64,000 nt of DNA from Eledone cirrhosa (taxonomy: Eukaryota), in NCBI GenBank assembly GCA_964016885.1, contig OZ024741.1:359972001-360036000 (forward strand). The letters run 5' to 3'. The stretch's first letter is position 1. Each line of letters opens with the position of its first letter. A program made the translations under genes and the position numbers. The notes under the pieces are model-generated. The model ran no database searches, had not been told where the DNA came from, and was given only the letters and a program-made list of their open reading frames with translations. Positions 1-9,621 of this stretch are shown here, one piece after another.

Positions 1-2493
1 ATACGTCGTAGGACCTATGCGTCTCGCTGATCCGTTGCAGACTATTGTCCCTACACTGAAGTATGATGTCCCGCTTGTTGTACTGTTCTCCATGAAGAAG
101 CACAGCTATTTCATTGCACGTGGGAGTGTTAAAACGTCTGGCGTGGGTGCCTGGTGGTTTCCTGTCAGCGTCGATTATAACAGCAAAATTTGGCACCGGA
201 GCGGCCTCCAATGCGCATTTAAAACTGCGAATGTAGTTGTTGTTTTCGTGCAGCATTCTCTGGAGTTGCAACAGAATGTTCATGTCTGTGCCAGGCGAAA
301 TTGAAGCGCGTCGTTCCGCTTGATCCAAATAGTCAGTGACAAAGTATAGCTGTAGGAACTGGGGTTGTCCGTCTGTCGTGGGCAGTAGCGAAACGATTCT
401 ATGGTAAATTTGTCCTCGAACTTTAAAGGTAGGCATGAAGCCGTCCTCCCGTATGATGTTAGCTCCGAAAGAGGTCATTTGGGAGGCAGCGTTGTATCTC
501 CTAGAACATCGAAGGAAGTGTTCCAACTCCGCTGTGGCACCGGTCAGTAGAGACTTCAAAGGTTCTGGTGGTTCCTGTAGAGGATGCAGTTTCACTTTGC
601 CGTGAGAGCAGCACATCCCTGAAGTCTCACAAGGCCATTTTTTTTGCCCGACAATATTGGCAAATGACAGACATGGATCCAATCTGAACTTCTGGCATCA
701 GTGCATAGTTTACTGTTGGGTCATAGTGGAAAGCCTTATGAGACCACTGAGTGCAACTGATCCTCTGTGTACCTTGTTTAGCACTCCTGCGGAGTGCGTT
801 TGGCCTTTGTAATTGAATTTGCGCAGTCTCTGATGCGCGAACAGAAGCTGTTGAAGCGGCGTCCGTAAGTTGACGCCTGGAACGCTGCCCTTCGTCCTCG
901 GCAGCACGTGACGCAGCAGTTGAGGCGGCATCTCTTCGTCGTCGACTGTAACGGCGTTCTTCGTCCTCACCGTCACGTGCCGCAGCGGTGGAGGCCGAAT
1001 TTTTGCTTCGTCGTCGAGAATGTTGTTCATCAGTTTGCGCTGCACGTGCAAATGCATTTCCGGAAAGGCGGATGCCCCTCTTTTTTCTGTCTCGGTTGCC
1101 CGGGTAATTGCATTTCGAGTTGCATTTTGTGACAACCGAGTCAATTTTTCTACGGACAACTCTGTAGCTCTTCTTCGTTTGGCAGCAGAAGCAGCTTTAG
1201 GTTGGCGACTAAGTCGTGGTCATTTTTTGGGTGGCATGACCGTAGATTCAAAGAATGTGTTTGGTAGCGAAAATTTTCAAATGAACTTTGAATAAGTTTA
1301 AAGTGAGTACTATATTGTAGCAGGACCGAACACGTAAATATTTATGCAGGTAGTGGAGCATGAAAGGGGGAGTAGCCAAAACTTTCAATTGAACGGTGAG
1401 TAACTGGAAAGTGAGTACTAAGTAAGATCTATGAAGAATGCACGTCAAATAATAGGTCAAACCTGTAAGCCAAGCCTGTCTGAGTTATAGCACAAAAGAG
1501 TGTAAACAGGGCCTTATTTTGGAGCACACTGGAAAATAAATCATCGAAATCGGACGTTCGTTAAAAAAGTTTTCTCATTAATTTTTTGTCTCATATTGAG
1601 AAAAACAAAGAAAGAAAAATTACAAAAAGGACAACAATAAAATATGTCTTTGTTGAGATTCAAGTAAATGAATGCTCGTTATTGTTACGTTTGTTGTTTT
1701 ATAAATTCATCTGTTGCTTTTGAATATTTGTTATGTGATGTAAAATGTAACGTTGAGAGAGCAGTATGTATTTAGTGTTATCGGCTTTTAAAATTTTGAT
1801 ATTTGATGTGTGACGAACGAAGAGGGTGGTGAATGATCTATTATAGAGAGAGAAGATTTGTCGTTGTTCTAAACTGTAATGGAGACGGAGGCAGTAACAT
1901 TTTAAAGAGAGTTTCAGAGGGGATTGAGGGTAGTGAGAGGAATGAAGCGTGTAAGAGAGAGGGTTATCAAAGTTTGTGTCGCCTTCCTTCAGAGACGGAG
2001 GCAGTAACCTTTTAAAGAGAGTTGCGGAGGAGATTGAGGATAGTGAGAGGAATGAAGCGTGTAAGAGAGAGGGTTATCAAAGTTTGTGTCGCCTTCCTTC
2101 AGAGACGGAGGCAGTAACCTTTTAAAGAGAGTTGCGGAGGAGATTGAGGATAGTGAGAGGAATGAAGCGTGTAAGAGAGAGGGTTATCAAAGTTTGTGTC
2201 GCCTTCCTTCAGAGACGGAGGCAGTAACCTTTTAAAGAGAGTTGCGGAGGAGATTGAAGGTAGTGAGAGGAATGAAGCGTGTAAGAGAGAGGGTTACAGC
2301 ATGTATTTAGTTTTATCGATTTTGTTTCATAGAAGCAGCACATTTTTGGCAAAAGTAATTAGGCGTTGACCTGCCCCTGGTAAATTTGGAGCACATTGGA
2401 AAAAAAATCATCAAAATCGGTAGAGAAATGTGGAAATGCATAAAAATCATACACACACACAGTCAGACATCTACCGTTTTATATATATAGAGA
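1..2493 (-). mobile_element. Helitron, 5' part (degenerate Rep N-terminus), running off the left edge of the window
   Basis: The minus strand begins A|TCTCTATATATATAAAACGG...TGTGTGTG at 2493, a Helitron-type 5' TC end after an A. Broken minus-strand coding from ~1238 reads MPPKK.PRLSR..., CCSHGKV.L, YNAA.QMTSFGA, FMPTFKV.GQIYHRI.SLLP, HARRFNTPTCNEIAVLL and LQRISETHRSYD, typical of RepHel N-termini. Confidence 0.85.
1881..2296. repeat. 110-bp tandem repeat, ~3.8 copies, inside the Helitron 5' region
   Basis: The unit GAGACGGAGGCAGTAAC...GCCTTCCTTCA recurs at ~1881, 1991, 2101 and 2211. Confidence 0.95.
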
Positions 2494-3347
2494 TAAAACA
2501 TCTCAACCCGCCATCTTTGGAGAGACGCAGAACACAAATTAGACGTTTCTTTAGGCAATATAACCTCTCTATAACTTTTAAGAATAGCATAAAAAGTAAA
2601 CTTTTTATATATCACCATGAACCTATATAACGTGGATTACGTGTCGCTGGAGATATTAATATAACTTTCTTTTTTTTATTAATATAGTTATCGATTCAGA
2701 AGGCAATGACGAAAACGTCATAATCCATTATAACAAAAATTCCCTTTTATTTGTTGTACAAATTGTGGTTAAAAAAAGCTATCTCACTTACCGGATCTCT
2801 CGCTTTTCACAGGCGCCGCTAAATTCCACTGCAGGTTACTCCTCTTCCACGTGCGTCCAACTGCTTAACACCGGGAGCTGCCCAAAACTCGCGTCCACAC
2901 CGTGTGCTGGTCACCACTAGAGAGAGGCCCTCTGCTGGCCCTTCCGGTCGAGCATCCTTCCGGCCAAAAGACCCTTCCGGTCGAGCACTCCCCCGCCTCC
3001 GGCCACCGCACACCACACACCCCTCCGGTCGAGCACTCCCCCGCCTCCGGCCACCGCACGCCACACCATACCCACACGCCCCCCTGATCTCAAGGATCAA
3101 TTTCCCCCTCGTCCCTCTGCATATGAAAGTCTGCTGTCCAGGTCGGTGGTCTACGACTTTGTTGCGATCTTCATAGCATTGGGGCAGGGCTCTGGGTTTC
3201 CACCTCATCTTGGGTTTCCTCTTCCTCGGAGTCCGTCGACACAGTGATTCTTCTTACGTCCAGGACATGACGTGGTACCCCGTCCACGGACACATTGTTC
3301 TTTGAATTTACGGCCGTCAATTTAAGGCTTTCTTCACTCTAGTTAAG

Positions 3348-4367
3348 ATGTCCTGGATGGAAGCGCCGGAGGAGGTAGAGGATGAGATAGCTGCCGTGTG
3401 TCGGCTGACCGAGTTAGACCTGAAGGGGTTGCATGACATGCACCACATGGGGGTGGATAGGAGCCTGTTCCTAGCCAGGAGAATCGACTCGGACGTTAGC
3501 AGACACAGTGTTCGGGGGGTGGTTAGAGGCTGCGTCCGATGTCAGTCCATTGATCCCGCCCCGGGTGTACACGAAACGGGAAGCCTCCCGGTGGATCGCG
3601 ACTGGAAGCGATTAGCGGTGGATGTGACGCACTACCGGCAGGGAGCATACCTCTCGATGGTCGACTGTGGACCATGTCGAATGGCGATATGGAGGGAGAT
3701 GAGGACTGGAACAGCCGAGGAAATCGTGCGGACGTTGAGAGAGGTGTTCTTGGAGCGGGGCACTGTGGACGAACTGCTGATGGACAACAACGCAGCGTTC
3801 CGCTCGGAGGCACTGAGGGAGATGCTCGATGGATGGAAGGTGGACCGTTTCTTCAGAGCGGCGCACAGGCCGAGCGGGAATGGAATCGTGGAGCGACACC
3901 ACCGGACGATCAAGGCAATGGCGGAGTGGGGCCATATCTCACCAATGGAGGCAGTGTTCTGGTACAATATGTCCCCTCGGGTTGGACAGGTCGAGGAATC
4001 GGTGCCACACAGAGCAGTATTCAAATACGAGTGGCGGCACCCGTGCACGCCACCACAACGACCAGTGGGGAGAGAGAGTGCATTCGTGCAGGTGGGCGAA
4101 GAAGTCTGGGTTAAGCTCCCAGATGCACGTTGCACATCTCAATGGGGAAGGGGAACGGTGACGGCCGTAAATTCAAAGAACAATGTGTCCGTGGACGGGG
4201 TACCACGTCATGTCCTGGACGTAAGAAGAATCACTGTGTCGACGGACTCCGAGGAAGGGGAAACCCAAGATGAGGTGGAAACCCAGAGCCCTGCCCCAAT
4301 GCTACGAAGATCGCAACGAAGTCGTAGACCACCGACATGGCGGAGCGGGGCCATATCTCACCAGTGA
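3348..4367 (+). CDS. Gypsy-type integrase, antisense to the element's gag
   Basis: HHCC motif (HDMHHMG...CVRCQ), D (LAVDVTH), D (LLMDN), E (SGNGIVERHH) and a C-terminal SH3-like segment, all in one 339-aa ORF. Confidence 0.88.
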   Translation: MSWMEAPEEVEDEIAAVCRLTELDLKGLHDMHHMGVDRSLFLARRIDSDVSRHSVRGVVRGCVRCQSIDPAPGVHETGSLPVDRDWKRLAVDVTHYRQGAYLSMVDCGPCRMAIWREMRTGTAEEIVRTLREVFLERGTVDELLMDNNAAFRSEALREMLDGWKVDRFFRAAHRPSGNGIVERHHRTIKAMAEWGHISPMEAVFWYNMSPRVGQVEESVPHRAVFKYEWRHPCTPPQRPVGRESAFVQVGEEVWVKLPDARCTSQWGRGTVTAVNSKNNVSVDGVPRHVLDVRRITVSTDSEEGETQDEVETQSPAPMLRRSQRSRRPPTWRSGAISHQ

Positions 4368-4817
4368 ACGCATTTCCATCTCTTTATAACCCGGGACTTG
4401 CTGCAGTTTCACCGCTATGTCGTCCGGAAATCCATTGATGAACGCCAACCGCACCGTGCGTTCGCATTCCGCCTGGTAACCGGCCAACATAGCCAACCGC
4501 CTTATTTCCGCTGCGAAAATGTCGACGCGCTCACCATTCCACCTGATTCTCGCCAGCTTAGCAAAAGCCGCCAACGGTCCCTCGGCGAATGCATCCATCA
4601 GACGCCTCTCAATCTTCTGCACATCTCTTTGGCTGTGCTCGTCCAACTCAAGGAAGAGTACCAGCGCGTCGCCCTCGAGGTACAATGCCATGAGGCCGGC
4701 CACGTCCTCTATCTTCTGCAAGCTTGCGACCAGCCGAACCTTCCGCAGCCAAGCGACAACATCACCTTCCCCGGTGAATGCCCTGATAGCTTCGTTCATC
4801 CGTAGTCTTGTCGCCAT
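4302..4817 (-). CDS. Gypsy gag, N-terminal part (truncated)
   Basis: FTGEGDVVAWLRKV...LYLEGDAL...GERVDIFAAEIRRLA...AFINGFP, starting just downstream of the 5' LTR. Confidence 0.8.
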   Translation of the reverse strand: MATRLRMNEAIRAFTGEGDVVAWLRKVRLVASLQKIEDVAGLMALYLEGDALVLFLELDEHSQRDVQKIERRLMDAFAEGPLAAFAKLARIRWNGERVDIFAAEIRRLAMLAGYQAECERTVRLAFINGFPDDIAVKLQQVPGYKEMEMRSLVRYGPAPPCRWSTTSLRSS

Positions 4818-5865
4818 CTTCTGATTTGTCTTGCGGCAAGTGTTTTTTTTTTTTTTTCAGTCGCCGAAATAGCTTGTGGTTAAAAAAAGCTATCTCACTT
4901 ACCGGATCTCTCGCTTTTCACAGGCGCCGCTAAATTCCACTGCAGGTTACTCCTCTTCCACGTGCGTCCAACTGCTTAACACCGGGAGCTGCCCAAAACT
5001 CGCGTCCACACCGTGTGCTGGTCACCACTAGAGAGAGGCCCTCTGCTGGCCCTTCCGGTCGAGCATCCTTCCGGCCAAAAGACCCTTCCGGTCGAGCACT
5101 CCCCCGCCTCCGGCCACCGCACGCCACACACCCCTCCGGTCGAGCACTCCCCCGCCTCCGGCCACCGCACGCCACACCATACCCACACAAATATGGAATC
5201 GAAATAACAAGAGAAAGTTGAGCAAGTCTTCACATCGTGTTGGCTGCATATTCCAGTGGAGATGTGAAATAATGTGGCATATCAAATATCGGACGTCTTG
5301 ATGCTACCAGGTCGTTCAGTGAACTCTGTCAGCTGACTGTGTCTCTGGTCCAAGTAGTCCAGCAACTTGTCTCGATCCGCTGAGGGCCTTGATTGGCTCC
5401 ACTTCAGCCAATTTACCTCTGTGACACCATTCTTCCGCCAAAGGAAAATACATTTAATTCTGTTCACTACACCTATCCACGGATCTTTGCCGCCCTTACC
5501 ATAAGCCGAACAAGAACCTTCACTATATACATCGGAACTCTAACCCCCGTAGTTCCATTATTAATGGCATTGTAAACAACATTTCTACGAGGATTTCTAA
5601 ATTGTCGGCAACCGAGCGGATTTTCATGGAAAACGCTTAGTATTATAATGATACCTTAAGTAGGAATGGATACAAGAAGATAAAGTATATACCAAGGACT
5701 ACCAAATCTGATACTTCTATTATCGACTCTAGAAATAATATGGATACTCCACCTGTGGATGTTACTAATAAGACAATCCCTTCTAAGGATTTAAGAAAAA
5801 ATTGAAATAATAGTGACTACATTAAACATAACTTGGGTAATAGTATTATTATTTTGCCACAACTT

Positions 5866-6040
5866 TGGGCAGTATCGGTAGAGGGTCGGACGCCATGCTT
5901 TGCAGCAAAGAGCTACGGCCCTTTATCATCTGAGTTCAAATTCCGCCGAGGTTAACTTGGCCTTTCATCCTTACGGGGTCGATAAAATAAAGTACCAGTA
6001 ATACACTGAGATAATTGCTGGTCTTGTGCCAAAAGTAAAA
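5866..6040 (+). mobile_element. tRNA-derived SINE family 1 (representative copy)
   Basis: A-box TGGCAGTATCGG, B-box GAGTTCAAATCC, core CCTTTCATCCTTACGGGGTCGATAAAATAAAGTACCAG and 3' GTAGAAACAATT. Other copies at about 8364, 8568, 22904(-), 27030(-), 28605, 29380(-), 45388, 45806, 47567, 48912, 50053(-), 50786(-), 56268(-), 58500(-) and 61616. Confidence 0.9.
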
Positions 6041-6489
6041 ACCCATACCATTTCTATCACAATACCACACACATGTAAGATCACTACACCCACACCGATG
6101 AAGCAATCTCGCAATAATGAAAATAACTCTAGGATAATAAATAACGCTAATCATAAAACAGTTTATACGTTCAATAACTCTATAAATTATAGAACATATA
6201 AATCCACGAACAACAATAAAAGAAAAAATAAACATTTAACTAGAAGTCACAGAAATGATAGCTATATCAATAACTCATAGACTAGAAAACAAACCAATGT
6301 ACATTAACTCTAACGATGAAAACAACAGTATTCAAACAACAAAAATTTATATTCTCGGATAAAGAGAAATCATAAAAGAAAAATCCACAATACAATGCCA
6401 AGACCAAGCACCATATACTCTCTAAATCCTTGATTATCAGAAAAAAACTTCCCACCTACACATAAAAACCATACAATCTTGCTCGTGGT

Positions 6490-8135
6490 CTACCCCCGGT
6501 TCTCCTGCCAGCTAGTTTTTTCCTGTAAAAATCTGTCAACCGATTCTTTCTTGAACATTCTAACCACATGCCCATAGTATCGGAGCGGTGATCTCTCAAT
6601 TCGGAGAAGTAGCGGTTCTACCTGGAATGACTCTCTGATCTCCGAGCTTCGCACTCTATCGAGTAATGTTACTTCAAAGACAATTCGGAGAAGTCCCATT
6701 TCGGCCGCTTGTATTCGCGATCGTATTCTTTCGGTCATTATCCAAGATTCATGACCATAGGTAAGGGTTGGCACGAATACCGAATTGAAGGTAGCGAGTT
6801 TGACTTTTGCACCTACCTCCCTTTTTCTGAATATCGAACGCTGATGCTGTTTGATCGGGTTTAAGAGATCGATAAGCAAAGTATTTTCTCCGCCTCGCGA
6901 TGATGCACTTATCTAAAGAGAGGAGAACCCCTGACGCATTCCTGATGGCATGTGTGGAGGAGGACTTCTTATTACGAAGTCGGCGAATAGTCTACCAGAA
7001 CACTTTATTTGCTGATCTGAAGTGGCATTCCAGCTTAGCCCTCAATTCCTTCCATGTAAACTTTGGACGCCTTTACTGTCTCTGCTGCGATTCTTCGTGC
7101 CTGCTTGTAACGCAAGTACAAAAAGGAGGACTTATTTCCGAGCCAAGGTTTGTAGGCCCCCTTCTTTGCTCGGATGGCATATTTGACCTCTTGATTGAAC
7201 TAAGGGGTCCTCCTGCCATCCGGCGTCACACCAAGCTTCTTTCGCCCACAACATTTAACAGCTGAAGCAGAAACTGCTGAGCTGAATATTCACCACTCCG
7301 TTTCAACGTCCTCAGTTTTCCCAGGAAGTTCTCTGAATTTGGATGCAATCATATCCGTGTATCTGGTCGTACCCTCCTTATCCACCAACGCTTCCCACTT
7401 CATCCTGTAGGCCACCCTGGATCTGCTAGTTTCGTGGGCTTCTTTGGCTTTAGGTAGCCTCAAGTTGCAAATAACTAGATGGTGATCAGTTGACAGCTCA
7501 GCCCCTCTCTTAACAGCGCTAAACTACCAGGGGAGATGGAGCAATGGGTGACACCTGTAGCTCCAAAGAAAACCTTCACAACCAAGTGATGTAGCTAAGA
7601 CTATGCGAATAGAAGCCGTTTCTAAAAGAGCGTAGTTTTCGCGGGTTTGAGAAAGTACCAGTTTGGTGACTGGCGCCAAAATTGCAATATGGTGTTAGGT
7701 AAGAAAAAGAACCATACAGCATCTTCCTTCGCGCGGATTAATAAGGGATGTGTTCAGGCCTTAGGTAGAGGGGCCTGTTCGAAAAATATATTGTAATTTC
7801 CATTCCATGCCGTAAAAACTGGCGGAGCCTGGATGGCCTGCGACATGTCATGGGAGGTGTGGGATGGACATACAAAGATTGCGTATCCTGAGACCCCCAA
7901 AGAGGGTTTGGAAAGGAGCAAACCTTGACAATTGGAACCTGGAACATCACAACTCTTACAAGTAAGGAGCAGGAACTAGTGGAGGAGGCTAGATGCTTCC
8001 GGCTGGATATAGTCGGGGTTTCCTCAACAAAGTTCTGTGGCTCTGTTATTGTAGATTTGGATGAAGGACAGAAACCCCACTATTTGGGTGTGACGCCAGA
8101 AATGACTGCAGAGGCGGGAGTGGGATACTCACAGT
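6490..8135 (-). mobile_element. RTE-clade LINE relic with internal deletion; 5'UTR/endonuclease start lies on the opposite strand
   Basis: Minus strand: PTLTYGHESW...IQAAEM...LRYYGHVVRM (6490-6879) and GAELSTDHHLV (~7500). Plus strand: IGTWNITTL...LDIVGVSST, an APE N-terminus, at 7925-8135. Confidence 0.75.
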
Positions 8136-8209
8136 CAAGGTGTTCATCTATTTATTTACTTTTTGGTTTATTTATTTGCTTATTCTTCTATAGGGTTCCC
8201 CTTTGATAA

Positions 8210-8752
8210 CTAACTTTCTTGTGCCAAAAGTAGAAACAAATATTATTATTATTAGGGCGGTGATTAACTTTGCCTTTCATCCTTACGGGTTCGATAAAAT
8301 AAAGTACCAGTAATGCACTGGGTAATTGCTGGCCTTGTGCCCAAAGTAGAAACAATTATTATTAGGGCGTTGGATTGGCAGTATCGGTAGAAGGTCGGAC
8401 GCCATGCTTTGTAACACAGAGTTACGTCTCTTTACGGACTGAGTTCAAATCCCGCCGAGGTTAACTTTGCCTTTCATCCTTACGGGGTCGATAAAATGAG
8501 GTACCAGTAATGTACTGGGTGATTGCTGACCTTGTGCCAAAAGTAGAAACAATTATTTTCAAATTTCTAGGGCAATATCGGTAGAGCGTCAGACACCATG
8601 CTTTGCAGCATAGAGTTATATCCCTTTACATTCTGAGCTCAAATCCCGCCGAGGTTAGCTTTGCTTTTCATCCTTATGGGGTCGATAAAATAAAGTACCA
8701 GTAATGTACTAGAGTAATTGCTGGCCTTGTGTCAAAAGTAGAAACAATTATT
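8210..8752 (+). mobile_element. Cluster of 3-4 tandem or truncated SINE family 1 copies
   Basis: Repeated SINE cores at ~8265, 8364-8553 and 8568-8750. Confidence 0.88.
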
Positions 8753-8962
8753 TCTAACTTTTCCTCTCATTCGTGATAGTATTTTTTATTTGTTTATTTT
8801 ATTTTTTCTACTTAAAAATATTTTTTTCTAATTGTTTTTTTCTATTTGTATTTCTTCATCTGATTATGAATCGTCATATTTAATCCATTTATTTATTTTT
8901 CTCGATCTAAGTATCCAATTGATGCGTTTCAATCTCTTTATATATCTTACAAATAAAGATTA

Positions 8963-9112
8963 TAGTTCATTGTTTCTGAGGAAGACGGTGAGCTGGATCT
9001 ACTAGATTATCGAGACTAATAATATGCGGTAGCATTACCACTATCAGTTAGTCAATATATCTATTTATCATGATCAATCAGCCTTCTGAAACGATCGTAA
9101 AACAATGAATTA
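8963..9112 (+). ncRNA. Type I hammerhead ribozyme (Penelope-type) with long stem II
   Basis: Stem I TAGTTCATTGTTT/AAACAATGAATTA; core CTGAGGA (8976-8982); GAAA (9088-9091); palindromic stem III CGATCG; GUA cleavage triplet (9097-9099). Confidence 0.8.
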
Positions 9113-9303
9113 ACCTTCGTCTTTAGTTTTATTTTCATTGCTTAAAACATATATATGACTCTGTAGCACGTTTAGAATCCACAACGAAATCTTATATGAT
9201 GAAAACCTACTAGAAAAACGATAATTCTCATCACCTGATCTCGTTGGAGTTATTTCATCAAGACTTTATGAAGTTCTAACAACGTTATTGGCCGTATTGA
9301 TAC

Positions 9304-9305
<2 letters not shown>

Positions 9306-9355
<50 letters not shown>

Positions 9356-9406
9356 GCGTATGTGTGTGTGTATGCGTGCGTGTGTATAGATAGATAGATA
9401 GATAGA
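9306..9406. repeat. (TG)n plus (GATA)n microsatellite, 3' flank of Tx1-A copy 1
   Basis: Directly visible. Confidence 0.97.
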
Positions 9407-9621
9407 TTTCTTTATTTACCATAAAGGCATAAAAAGAAGGGACAAATACAAAGGGGGAGTTTACATATAATCGAGTAAAAAGGGTGTAACATGAAAATAA
9501 TCGAAAATAACCTCAAAAGGGAGGGGACGTGATGGGGGTTGCACACACCCCCGAAAAAGTGTGCAATCCTTTGCCCGGGGAGCACATGGAGAAGGTGCTC
9601 CCCTCTCCTTTACTTCTTTAC

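Larger units (their letters stand above)
2764..5187 (-). mobile_element. Non-autonomous Ty3/Gypsy LTR element (gag plus inverted integrase, no RT)
   Basis: Direct repeats of 313 bp at 2764-3076 and 4875-5187 with TGTGG...CCACA termini. 5-bp TSD CAAAT at 2759-2763 and 5188-5192. A G-rich PPT (AGGGGGGC on the minus strand) lies next to the left LTR. Confidence 0.93.
2494..6480 (+). mobile_element. Penelope-like element RT/thumb relic, interrupted by nested insertions
   Basis: LNPPSLERRRTQIRRFFRQYNLSITF...ITMNL (2500-2630) resumes at 5482 as PYHKPNKNLHYIHRNSN...IINGIVNNISTRISKLS...YYNDTLSRNGY. This resembles PLE RT C-terminal motifs and is followed by an Asn/Thr-rich linker. Confidence 0.7.
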
